This document shows positions 18,807 through 28,017 of a stretch of 64,000 nucleotides of DNA, one piece after another (within the stretch, counting starts at the first letter, position 1; every line of letters starts with the position of its first letter). Origin of the DNA: Thermoplasmatales archaeon SW_10_69_26 (GTDB taxonomy: Archaea; Thermoplasmatota; SW-10-69-26); contig PXUB01000025.1 of NCBI GenBank assembly GCA_003009755.1, forward strand, positions 3,275 through 67,274, written 5' to 3'. The position numbers and the translations under genes were made by a program. The notes below the pieces were generated by a model that saw only the letters and a program-made list of their open reading frames with translations, ran no database searches and was not told where the DNA came from.

Positions 18807-19842
18807 GGAAGTGCTTCTCAGGGTGTCTCATTAACCCCCTCTACGCCGCTGCCCCCAACTACCCCCGAGCGCTCGAGCTGATCGTTCGGTCCAGGCGGGT
18901 CTCAACGATGCCTCCAAGCGCCTTGTCGAGGACCTTGCCCGAAACGGGCGGTGGTTGAAGCGAAATGTGAATGCGTCCAGATAGGTTGCACGGTCCCGTC
19001 TTCCACGTGGCGTGCACCTCCTACAGCACGCGCTTGAGGCTGCTGAACGCCGTGTGGCTCCACGGCAAAACGTCGTGCATCTCTTCATCGCCGTCGGGCT
19101 GGCGGACCTCGCGATCGCAAGCCGCAAGCCCGTTGTAGCCGTCCCCGTCGTCTGTCTACAGCGTGGAGGACTCGTAGACGCGGGCTCGCACGGTAGGGTC
19201 CAGGTTGTCCCCCGCAGCGCCGGGCGCGCTTGGCAGGTGCAGTTACTGGCCTGATCGTGCTTGTTCTCGACGAGGGCGACCACGCACTGCCTGGTGGTTC
19301 CACGGCCCGAGGGATCGTCGGGGCGCTTGCCGCCCACGTAGGTTTCATCGGCTTCCACCACGCCGTCTAACGACCGCTGCTGGGCGCGTCTCAGGATGCG
19401 GTAGATTTTCTGGCGGACGTTGTGCGCGGTCTCCGCGTGCACGTCGAGCGTGCGGGCCAGCTCGGGCTCCGTGGTGCCCTTTGTCGTCTTGACGATGTGG
19501 TCGATCGCCAAGAACCAGGTCTACAGGTCGAGCTTGGTGTCCTGCCGGATCGTACCGGCGGTGACACTGGTTTGCTTGCGGCATTCGTAGCACTCGGACA
19601 AGTTGCGGGTCTGGGTGAAGCCCCGGTGCTCGTCCTCGCCGCACGCCGGGCACGTGAACCCGTCCTCGCCTCAGCGGTGCTCGCGGAGGAACTGCCAGCA
19701 GTCCTCGTCGCTGGGGTGCTCGTTCACGAGTTCGGTCGGGCTGGGCAACGCATCGGCCATGCTCCCGAAGACGGTCGGTGGAGGGGTGTGGGTTCAGTCC
19801 GGGGTGGCTCGGTACCACTGACACAAGCCGAGAAGCACTTCC
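18807..19842 (-). mobile_element. IS1595-family element with disrupted transposase
   Basis: Terminal inverted repeats GGAAGTGCTTCTCAGGGTGTCTCA (18807-18830) and 19819-19842 match 20/24. Zn ribbon CPAC...CYEC, VEADETYVGG and FTFRFN are present, with in-frame stops and frameshifts. No target duplication seen. Confidence 0.9.
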
Positions 19843-20060
19843 TTACTAAGGGGTCGTCTTAGTGAAGGGTGCTAAACGCAGGCCACCACTGGCCACTTCT
19901 GAGTGAAGGTCCAAGTCGCCTTCTTCACTCAGACGAGCCTTCGTCTCGCTGACTCTAGGACCGTTGTCTCACCTCGTCGGGCGGCGAGCTTGAGGTGGAC
20001 GACCGGGACGGGCTTGCCGCTCCGTGGGGGCTTCTCTGCCTGGGCGATGCCCCCGCCGGA

Positions 20061-21046
20061 TCAAGGGATAAGCTCATCCACCGGCAACGGGAGCGCCCGA
20101 CACACCAGCGTGGGGTCGTGGGAGAGGCGGCCGGCGACGATGCCCGTGAGCCCCACGAGGTACCGGTAGGGGGCCGGGGATCCGCCCCCAGCCAGGTCGA
20201 TGGTGCTCTCGCGGATGGCCACGTCCCCTGGGTCGTCGGGGATCGGTTCGACGTGCTCCAGGTTGTCGATGAACCCTTTCCCGTGGTAGAGGCGGATGAG
20301 AGCCTCTTTTCGCTGCTCGGACGGTCGCTGTTGGCTAAGGAACAGGCCCACCCAGAGATGGTTGGGGCAGTCGTAGAGCTGATCGTCGACCGGCAGGCAG
20401 TCGAGGGAGTGGTTTGCGGATAAGGGGGTCGAGAGAGCTGGCCGCGGGCTTGCATCGATTGGACGCCGTCGTCGCTGCGGCGAGCCATCGCGAGACCGGC
20501 CGGGTCCAGGACCGGGCGGTCGCGGATCCACAGCTGGGCGAGGTGGACCGTCGTCGGGTCCGTTGCGAGGGACGTTCGCTCCTCGTCGCGGACCGGCCCG
20601 GAGCGAGTGTCTTGGCCGACCGGGTTGGCGTGCGTGTAGGCCCGGATGTCGTTGTCGTTGGTTTCGCGGACGGGCAGGTGGTGGACCTCGAGGTGCTCGC
20701 CACGACGGCTGAAGAGGTGATCCGCGTGGATGCCTTGGAAGACGAAGACGTCTCCGGGTCGGTGGGTGGGATCCTGGCTCGTGGTGGGCCGGAGGGCGGT
20801 CCCCAGCAGGACGCGGGGCCAGGAATCGCCGGGCAGGTGGAGGATGTGGTACGGGACAGCCCCGACAACCGGCTTGCCGGTCTGGGTCACGGTTTCGTAG
20901 GGGCGGGGGAGGGCATGGTCAACCCCCTGGCACCCGATCTCCCGCAGGACGTAACTACCGTTCTCATCGTCGCTCGACTGGCGCGGCCCCGTACAGGCAA
21001 CGAGACGGTCCGGACCTGAGCCCCCGCGATTCCCCCTGGTACGCAC
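20061..21046 (-). pseudogene. Probable degraded hypothetical gene (frameshifted)
   Basis: Protein-like frame of ORF 19955..21046 switches to ORF 20061..20531 near 20430; no family recognised. Confidence 0.3.
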
Positions 21047-21164
21047 GCAGCCAAGATTTAGGCAGACATCCTATGACGGGAGCTTGCGGGGCGGAACACG
21101 CGAATTGCATCGCTCGCGGCGAAAATATCCTTTCCGGACGATGTTGGGTCTACTCGTCCGGTGG

Positions 21165-21488
21165 TTAGATCCCGCCCGGCAGCTCCGGCAGCGACTTGCT
21201 CTTCTTGACGTACTCCTTGCACTGGTCGAGGTGCTGGAGGAGCGCTTTGCGCTGGAAGCCCTCCTCGACCTCGTCCTGCAGCACGGCCTCGGCCTCGTTG
21301 GCGGAGGTGATCGCGCCGGCCGTGTTGCCCAGCGCCGCGTCGCGGTGGACCTCGGCGACGAGCAACAGCGAGCGCGCCAGCGCGTCGTTCTCCTCCTCCC
21401 AGGCCTCCCGCAGCTCGTCGTCCTGCGTCGCCCGCTGGTAGTTGCCGGACTCCATGTTCTCCAGGTAGTCGACAGATGGGACGGACAC
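21165..21488 (-). CDS. Small acidic helical hypothetical protein
   Basis: Host-like codon usage; CTTAAG TATA-like element upstream. Confidence 0.6.
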   Translation of the reverse strand: MSVPSVDYLENMESGNYQRATQDDELREAWEEENDALARSLLLVAEVHRDAALGNTAGAITSANEAEAVLQDEVEEGFQRKALLQHLDQCKEYVKKSKSLPELPGGI

Positions 21489-21741
21489 GGCGTCGGCGAA
21501 GGCAACACGAGGGGGATGAGGGTTTCGGGCGCCCCCGCTGGCCGGCGGGTTCGTTCAAGCGCTCGTGGCAAAGCTTAAGACGACTTGCGTGCAAGGATGG
21601 TGTGTCGAGGGAGTCGCCGTCTGTACCTCCCTGCCTCCCAACAGCCTCCCAAGCCTCCCAGCCTGTTGGCGGCTCCCTCACCCTCCTTCCTTCTTCGACG
21701 GCTACCTTCGGTGTAGCACCGATGGCCGAGATCGGTGAGCC

Positions 21742-24700
21742 TCAGCTCGCGCCAGCTTGCTCGTGCGGTTCGGTCGACCAGGGGTCGTAGCGGGCCTCGC
21801 CCTCGATGTCGTCGCAGTCGGCGTGATCGGGGCCCTCCGAGCAGCCCCACCAGTTGTGGCGGGCGTCCGGCGTGGGTCCATCCTGGGTGTCGTCGACGAG
21901 CCCCACGTCGTTGCCGACGATGTCGTTGCGGTGCACCTCCTCGCCGGCGCCGGTCTCGGCGAGCACGATCGCTTCCTCGTTGCCGGTCAGGCGGTTGTGG
22001 ACGAGGCGGTTGGCCTGCTGGTCACCATCCAGCCAGATCCCCTGCTCGGCGCCATCGATCGTGTTGTTGTGGATCCGGCTCGCGGCCGCATCCTCGGCCA
22101 CGAGCGCTCGCTGGCCCTCCTCCAGCCGTGAGCCCTGGATCGTCGAGGCGGTCAGGGCGTCGGCGTGGATCCCGATCGCGTTGCCTTCGGCGTGAAGCCC
22201 GGCGAGGTGGGCGTCGACGGCGTCGGACAGCTCGATCCCGACCGTCGCGTTGCGCACGGTGACGTTCTCGATGCGCAGTCCCTCGCTGGCGAGCACCTGC
22301 ACCGGAGCGGCCACCTCCTCGAAGACCGCGCCGGTCAGCGTGACGTTGGTCGCGTCCGCGAGGAGAAGCTGGCCCACGGGGCCCTCGATCTCGCGGCCCT
22401 CGACCCCGGATCGGAGGATCAGCGGCTCGCCGGCGACCGTGTCGCCGGTGGCCTGATCGGTCCCCCTCAGCGTGGCTTCGTCCAGGTCGACGCCCGTGGA
22501 GAAGGCGTTGCCGCTCAGGGCCAACCCGTCCGTCGAACGTGCCTGGAGCCCCGAGAGCTGGCTGTCCACCTCGTTGTCGATCAACGTCGGTGCAGAGGCA
22601 CCGGCCAGCCGGATGCCGACGTCACCGCCGGTGATCCGGTTGGCTTCGAGGTGGGGCTGCTCGACGCCGCGCAGGCGGGCGCCGGTGGCCGCCTCGAGCT
22701 GGCTGTCCTCGAGGGTCAGACCGCGGCCATCCTCGACGGTCAGGCCGCGGTCCGCCTGCTCGACGGCCACCGCCTGCAGGCGGGCCGCGTCGACGTCGTT
22801 CAGGGCGATCCCGTCGAGGGCACCCTCGACCGTCACGCGCGTCAGCTCGGGGGCTCGGCTCCGCTCGAAGAGGAGGCCGGCCGCGTCGGCGGACAGGTTG
22901 GTGTCGGTGACGGTAGCGGCGTCGGTCGAGCGGGCCAGCACGCCGACCGAGGCGTTCTCCACCTGGAAGCCCTCGACGGTCGTGTTGCCGGTGTCCGCGA
23001 GGACGAGTCCAGCCATCGCCTCGCTCACGCGGCCGTCGTGGATCCGCGTGCGCTGGCTGCCGTCGGCGACCAAGGCCACACCAGTGTCCGTCAGCGTCGG
23101 GGCCTGGACGGTCACGTCCTCGCTGGCGAGAACCTGGATCGGCTCCGTCACGTTCCCGATCGTCGGGCGTTGCACGGTCACGTTGGTCGCGTCGGCAAGG
23201 ATCACCTGGCCGGCCGGCCGCTCGACGGTGGTGTCGGCTACGTCGAGGAGGTAGCGGACCGGTTCGCCGTTCACGGTGTTGTCGGCGATCGCGTGGCGGT
23301 GGTCGTCCTCGTCGTCGACGACGACGCTGAGGCCGGATCGCATCGCGTTGCCCGTGACGGTGGACGCCGTGGAGGTCCCCAGGGTCACGTCGCGGCGGTT
23401 GTCGGTGAGCGCGTTGTCGGTGACGGTCGTGCCGTTCGACCGCAACACGTAGATGCCGACGAAGGCGCTGCCGGACACGTCGTTGGCGTGGATCGTGGTC
23501 GAGGCCTCGGGGCCCTCGTCCCAGACGGTGAGTCCGTGCCAGTAGCTGTCCTCGATCGTGTTGGCCTCGATCGTGACCTCCTGGGCGTTCCCGTTCACGC
23601 CGATCCCGCCCCGGAACACGGATCGGGTGTGAGCGCCCCAGCCGTTGTGGCGGACGAGGTTGTCCTCGACGAGGACCGCCTCGCTGCGAGCGACGATCAC
23701 ACCGCTTCGGTCGTTGTCGAGGATGCGGTTGCTGCGGATCACGACTTCGTCGGCGCCGTTGGCCCAGACGCCGCTTCGCCCGTTGTTCGTCACCGTGTTG
23801 TTGCGGACGAGGATGTCGCGGCCGTGCTCGAGCTCGATGCCGCGGTTGTGGTTGCCGGTGAGCGTGTTGTTCTCGATGCGGACGCCCTCGGTCACGGTCT
23901 CGCCCTCGTAGGCTTCGATCGCGTCGTTGGAGCGGGTTACCACGTTGTCGCGGATCGCGATCGAGGACCCGGCCTCGAAAGAGACGCCGAACAGCGAGTT
24001 CTCGTCGATGTCGTTCCCGGTCACGAGCGTTCCCTGGGTCCCCTCGAGGCGCAGGCCGGACCGGAAGTCGTACAGGACGTTGTCGCGAACCTCGGTGTCC
24101 TCGGTCCCGAGGAGGTGGATGGCTCGCGAGGCGAACGAGGGGCCCTCGAGCAGCTCGTTGCCTTCGACCTCGGCGGCGGCCGTGTCGGCGACCCGGACCG
24201 CTGTGCCGTCGTAGTTGTGGAGGACGTTGGCGACGATCGCGGCCCCGTCGCTGTCGGTCACCTTGATCCCGTCATCCTTGGCCGCGGCGTTGGCCCGATC
24301 GTTCGGGGCTGACAGCTCGTTCCCACGCACGGTCAGCCCGTAGGCCCCGCTGGCTTCGATCCCCTCGTTGGTCCACTTGATCGCGTTCGTCTCGACCGTG
24401 AGGTTGCGCGCCTGGTCGACGTCGACGCCGTGCTGGACGTCGTGGATGTGGTTGGCCCGAACGGTGACGTTGTCGGCGTCCTCGAGGTGGATCCCACGCT
24501 CCAGCTGGGTGAGGTCGTTTCCGCGGATGATGACGTGGGCGCTGGTGTCGGCGAGGTGGATACCGGTGGTCCCCGTCCGGGCGCCGACCCAGAAGAAGGA
24601 GACGCTGGCTCGCCGGCCCTCGATGCACCAACCCTCGATCACGTAGGGATCGTCCTCGGTGCCCTCACCGTCGACGACGCCGCTGCCGGGCCGGGGGACG

Positions 24701-25098
24701 TCGTCGCCCGCCGCGTTCTCGATGGCGAAGCCCGTGGGACCCTGGTCCCCGACGACGACGATCGGCGGATGCGATCGGCAGTCGGTCGCCGCCGATGGCG
24801 CCTGCAGACCCTCCTCATCTCGTTCCCCGATCGGGTCCGCGTGGATCGAGGGAGCTTGCTCCCGAGGGGCCGAGCACGAGGAGGCGCAGCCGGGAGTGGG
24901 CGAGGCCGACGGAGGCTCGCAGGCGAGCGGTGCTCGCAGGCCAAGCACGCTGGGGGCGGGCGTCTGCGGGCAGCGTGAGCTCTCGCCCTCGGTCGGGGCC
25001 AGCCGGTCGGCGGTCCCCGGCGTTTCGCCGGCGGCCGGGGTCGCGGCGAACAGGAGAGCGAGCGCGAGCACGAGAGCGATCAGGAGCTTGCGAGTCAT
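21742..25098 (-). CDS. Secreted right-handed parallel beta-helix (NosD-like) protein
   Basis: Signal peptide MTRKLLIALVLALALLFAATPAAG; GTEDDPYVIEGW; many N/G-rich PbH1 repeats; DARHNWWG...YDPW. Confidence 0.9.
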   Translation of the reverse strand: MTRKLLIALVLALALLFAATPAAGETPGTADRLAPTEGESSRCPQTPAPSVLGLRAPLACEPPSASPTPGCASSCSAPREQAPSIHADPIGERDEEGLQAPSAATDCRSHPPIVVVGDQGPTGFAIENAAGDDVPRPGSGVVDGEGTEDDPYVIEGWCIEGRRASVSFFWVGARTGTTGIHLADTSAHVIIRGNDLTQLERGIHLEDADNVTVRANHIHDVQHGVDVDQARNLTVETNAIKWTNEGIEASGAYGLTVRGNELSAPNDRANAAAKDDGIKVTDSDGAAIVANVLHNYDGTAVRVADTAAAEVEGNELLEGPSFASRAIHLLGTEDTEVRDNVLYDFRSGLRLEGTQGTLVTGNDIDENSLFGVSFEAGSSIAIRDNVVTRSNDAIEAYEGETVTEGVRIENNTLTGNHNRGIELEHGRDILVRNNTVTNNGRSGVWANGADEVVIRSNRILDNDRSGVIVARSEAVLVEDNLVRHNGWGAHTRSVFRGGIGVNGNAQEVTIEANTIEDSYWHGLTVWDEGPEASTTIHANDVSGSAFVGIYVLRSNGTTVTDNALTDNRRDVTLGTSTASTVTGNAMRSGLSVVVDDEDDHRHAIADNTVNGEPVRYLLDVADTTVERPAGQVILADATNVTVQRPTIGNVTEPIQVLASEDVTVQAPTLTDTGVALVADGSQRTRIHDGRVSEAMAGLVLADTGNTTVEGFQVENASVGVLARSTDAATVTDTNLSADAAGLLFERSRAPELTRVTVEGALDGIALNDVDAARLQAVAVEQADRGLTVEDGRGLTLEDSQLEAATGARLRGVEQPHLEANRITGGDVGIRLAGASAPTLIDNEVDSQLSGLQARSTDGLALSGNAFSTGVDLDEATLRGTDQATGDTVAGEPLILRSGVEGREIEGPVGQLLLADATNVTLTGAVFEEVAAPVQVLASEGLRIENVTVRNATVGIELSDAVDAHLAGLHAEGNAIGIHADALTASTIQGSRLEEGQRALVAEDAAASRIHNNTIDGAEQGIWLDGDQQANRLVHNRLTGNEEAIVLAETGAGEEVHRNDIVGNDVGLVDDTQDGPTPDARHNWWGCSEGPDHADCDDIEGEARYDPWSTEPHEQAGAS

Positions 25099-26420
25099 GG
25101 GGAACCACCTCCAAGACCGGCACAAGCGACCGCCTTCGCAGGCGCGAACACGTAGGCGCTGCCGGCCTCGAACCCGTTGGCGTTGTTCTTCCCGGGTTCG
25201 CCGACGAGGACGCGCTCGTCGTCGATCGCGGCCTGCCAGGAGGTCGAGGCCCCGTCGGCGGCGCGCAGCTTGGATCTCTGCTCCCAGCCGTCCTCGCCGT
25301 CGGCGAAGACGTAGCCGGCGCCGGCGCGGGGACCGAGGGCCCGATCCGCGAGGCGCGTGTGGGGGTTACCGGCGCCGACGACGGCGCGATCCCCATCGAG
25401 GGCCACCGAGGTGCCCAGGGCCTCGTCTTCGTTCCCGTCCTCGGCCAGGAGTTTGGCCTGCGCTGCCCACCCAGCGGTCTCCCGGGTGAAGACGTGAGCG
25501 GCGCCGGCTTCCGGGGCCTTCTCGCCGTCTCCGGCTTCGCCGACGAGAGCTGTGTCGCCGTGGAGCGCAACGGCCGATCCGAAGAAGGTGCCTCCGTCCG
25601 TGTCGGGGGAGACCAGCTCGGTCGCACGCTGCCAGCCGTCCGCGGTGCGCTCGTAGACGAAGGCCTTGCCGGCGTACGTTTGACCGTCGACGTCGGCGGA
25701 CGAGTCCCCGACGAGCGCGGTGTCCCCGTCGATGGAGAAGCTGGTTCCGAAGCTATCGGCACCGTTGTCCAGGTGGGCCGCCTCGAGCCAGACGCCGGAG
25801 GCGTGTTGCTCGAGCACGTGAACCGACGAAGACGAGTAGGCATCGCGGGAACCGACCAGGATCGTATCCCCGTCGACGTCGACGTCCTGTCCGATGCGAG
25901 CGGAGCCGTCCGTAGCCACGGACACGCGAGCCTGTTGCGTCCAGTCGCCGGACGCTTGGCGCTCGAACACGAACACGGCCCCTCGACGGTCGTCTCCGAC
26001 ATGGCCGGGCGCTCCGACCACGAGGCGATCGCCGTCGAGGGCGAGGTCCTGGCCGAAATGCGAGCCGCTGTGGCTCCAGGCCGGTTGGATCTTCGCCGCT
26101 TCGACCCAGCCTCTCCTGTCCGTGTGTTCGTACATGTACACGGCCCCGGCGTCCTCACCGTCGGCGTCGTCAGCGTAGGGGGCTCCCACGAGGGCTCGGT
26201 CGTCCTGGATGGCCAGCCCCGTCCCGAAGCGGTCGCCCTCGTCGTGGAAGGCGAGCGGGGACTGGCCCTCGCCGTCGCTGGCCATGAGGGTCCCCTCTTG
26301 GACGTAGTCGTCCTGGACGGAGGCCTGCACGAGGGGGACGGTGGCGACGGTGGCCAGCAGCCCCGCGATCACTGCAGCAAGGAGAGCGTACCTCTGGCTG
26401 GCATCACGGCTTCCCACCAC
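25095..26420 (-). CDS. Secreted FG-GAP repeat beta-propeller protein
   Basis: Repeats FGxxLAxDGDxxxVGAP...GAVY; ATGA overlap with the beta-helix gene. Confidence 0.9.
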   Translation of the reverse strand: MVGSRDASQRYALLAAVIAGLLATVATVPLVQASVQDDYVQEGTLMASDGEGQSPLAFHDEGDRFGTGLAIQDDRALVGAPYADDADGEDAGAVYMYEHTDRRGWVEAAKIQPAWSHSGSHFGQDLALDGDRLVVGAPGHVGDDRRGAVFVFERQASGDWTQQARVSVATDGSARIGQDVDVDGDTILVGSRDAYSSSSVHVLEQHASGVWLEAAHLDNGADSFGTSFSIDGDTALVGDSSADVDGQTYAGKAFVYERTADGWQRATELVSPDTDGGTFFGSAVALHGDTALVGEAGDGEKAPEAGAAHVFTRETAGWAAQAKLLAEDGNEDEALGTSVALDGDRAVVGAGNPHTRLADRALGPRAGAGYVFADGEDGWEQRSKLRAADGASTSWQAAIDDERVLVGEPGKNNANGFEAGSAYVFAPAKAVACAGLGGGSP

Positions 26421-26536
26421 GCGACTGGCTTCTCGCCGATGCAGGCCTCCCGACCTCTCCCCGGAATGGTCTCACCCGATCCTAAACGTTTGGGTCGAGG
26501 TGCCAACGCGGAGGGCGGCGAGACGCCAGGTCAGGC

Positions 26537-27835
26537 TCACTTCGGCTGCTCGGTGCCCCACGTCTCGATGGCCTTGGCCGCCTCCTTGCTGTCCTGCGTG
26601 ATGGCGTCCAGGCTGTCGCCGCGCATCGTTCCGTCGATTACGTCGCGCAGGGCTTTGGCGCCGGCGGTGGAGCCGTCGGGGTGGCCGTGGATGCCGCCGC
26701 CGAGCTGGATGACGACGTCGGGCCCGTAGAGGTCGATCATGTCCGGCACGATTCCGGGGTGCAGGCCGCCGCTGGCGACCGGGAACGCCGGCTTGATCGA
26801 GCCCCAGTCCTGGCCGAGCAGGTTGTCGCGGGGATCGGTGTGGGCCTCGCGGAGCTGGTCCATGTTGGCGACGACCTCGTTCTCGGGGCTGACGAGCTTG
26901 CCGATGACGGTGCCGGTGTGGAGCTGGTCGACGCCGACGAGGCGGAGCAGCTTCGCCAGGCAGTACATCGCCATGCCGTGGTCCTCGATCTTGGTGAACA
27001 TCGCGTGCATGGCGCGGTGGGCGTGGATCGCCAGGTCGAGGTCGCCGGTGGCTTCGCGGATGGTTTGCAGGCCGGCGAACCCGGTCGTGACGACGTCCAC
27101 CATCGCGTACTCGAACCCGTGCTCGGCCACGAGGCGGGCTCGCTCGATCGCCTCGTTCGTCTCGGCGGTCACGTTGATCAACGCGGATTTGGTCTCGCCG
27201 GTCTCGGCCTCGGCGCGTTCGCGTTGGCGAGCCAGGTGCTCGACGCGTTTCGCGAAGTTGTTGAACGACTGGCTGGTGAGGTTCTCGTCGTCCTTGATCA
27301 GATCGACCCCGCCGACCCAGGCCTCGTAGCCGCGCTCGGCGTGCTGTTCGGGGGTCCAGCCGAGCTTGGGTTTGGGGACGGTCGCCGTCGGCGGGCGCTC
27401 GGGGATCCCCAGCTCGTCCCGGATGCCCTCGATGCCGAGGTGGGGGCCGGGGTGAGCCTCGCGGATCTCCTGGGGGATGCGAAGATCCAGCAGGCGCAGG
27501 CGGGCGACGGCCTTCATGCCGAAGATGTTGCCGGCGACGCCGCTGAGGATCTGGGGGACGTTGGCGGCTTCCCACAGCTCGACGGGGTAGCGGACCTTGC
27601 AGGTGCCGGCCTCCTCGTCCCAGTCGTAGCACATCGCCTTCAGGTCGGGCACGCGATCCGGCATCTGGGCCAGCGTCGTCCACGTGCCCACGCTGGATTC
27701 GCTGGCGATGCGGCCGAGCGCCTCGAGCGTGCTGGTGTCCTCGTCCGGTGTGAACGAGAACAGGGCCAACAGGTCCCCATCACGCGGCTCCGCGTCCCGG
27801 TCCACGAACTCGTCGTACCACTCGGTCCCGGCCAT
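26537..27835 (-). CDS. rbcL: Form III ribulose-1,5-bisphosphate carboxylase (RuBisCO)
   Basis: ESSVGTW, KPKLG, GGVDLIKDDENL, HAHRAMH, HTGTVIGKL, SGGLHPG and GGGIHGHP. Confidence 0.95.
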   Translation of the reverse strand: MAGTEWYDEFVDRDAEPRDGDLLALFSFTPDEDTSTLEALGRIASESSVGTWTTLAQMPDRVPDLKAMCYDWDEEAGTCKVRYPVELWEAANVPQILSGVAGNIFGMKAVARLRLLDLRIPQEIREAHPGPHLGIEGIRDELGIPERPPTATVPKPKLGWTPEQHAERGYEAWVGGVDLIKDDENLTSQSFNNFAKRVEHLARQRERAEAETGETKSALINVTAETNEAIERARLVAEHGFEYAMVDVVTTGFAGLQTIREATGDLDLAIHAHRAMHAMFTKIEDHGMAMYCLAKLLRLVGVDQLHTGTVIGKLVSPENEVVANMDQLREAHTDPRDNLLGQDWGSIKPAFPVASGGLHPGIVPDMIDLYGPDVVIQLGGGIHGHPDGSTAGAKALRDVIDGTMRGDSLDAITQDSKEAAKAIETWGTEQPK

Positions 27836-28017
27836 GCGTCCATCTACGGGGTTCGCGCCTTTTGCGAGTGTCGGTGGCGGAACGGGCCCCGACCCGGCCC
27901 GAGCCCTCGAAAGGAGCTCTCCAAGCCATCCCTCGGAGGGACAGAGCCCAGCTGCGCGAGAGCGCCAGGACCCTCGGGGACAGGTTTATCCGCTGGGGTA
28001 TCCCAAAAGGGGAGCGT

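Noticed and set aside
12550-19760. Stop-codon reassignment suggested by TGA/TAG at Trp or Gln positions
   Set aside because: These stops are confined to genes that also have frameshifts, and intact genes end normally in TGA or TAG. Simple transition mutations explain them.
21634-21665. GCCTCCCA repeated three times
   Set aside because: Short, irregularly spaced low-complexity sequence within a CT-rich tract.
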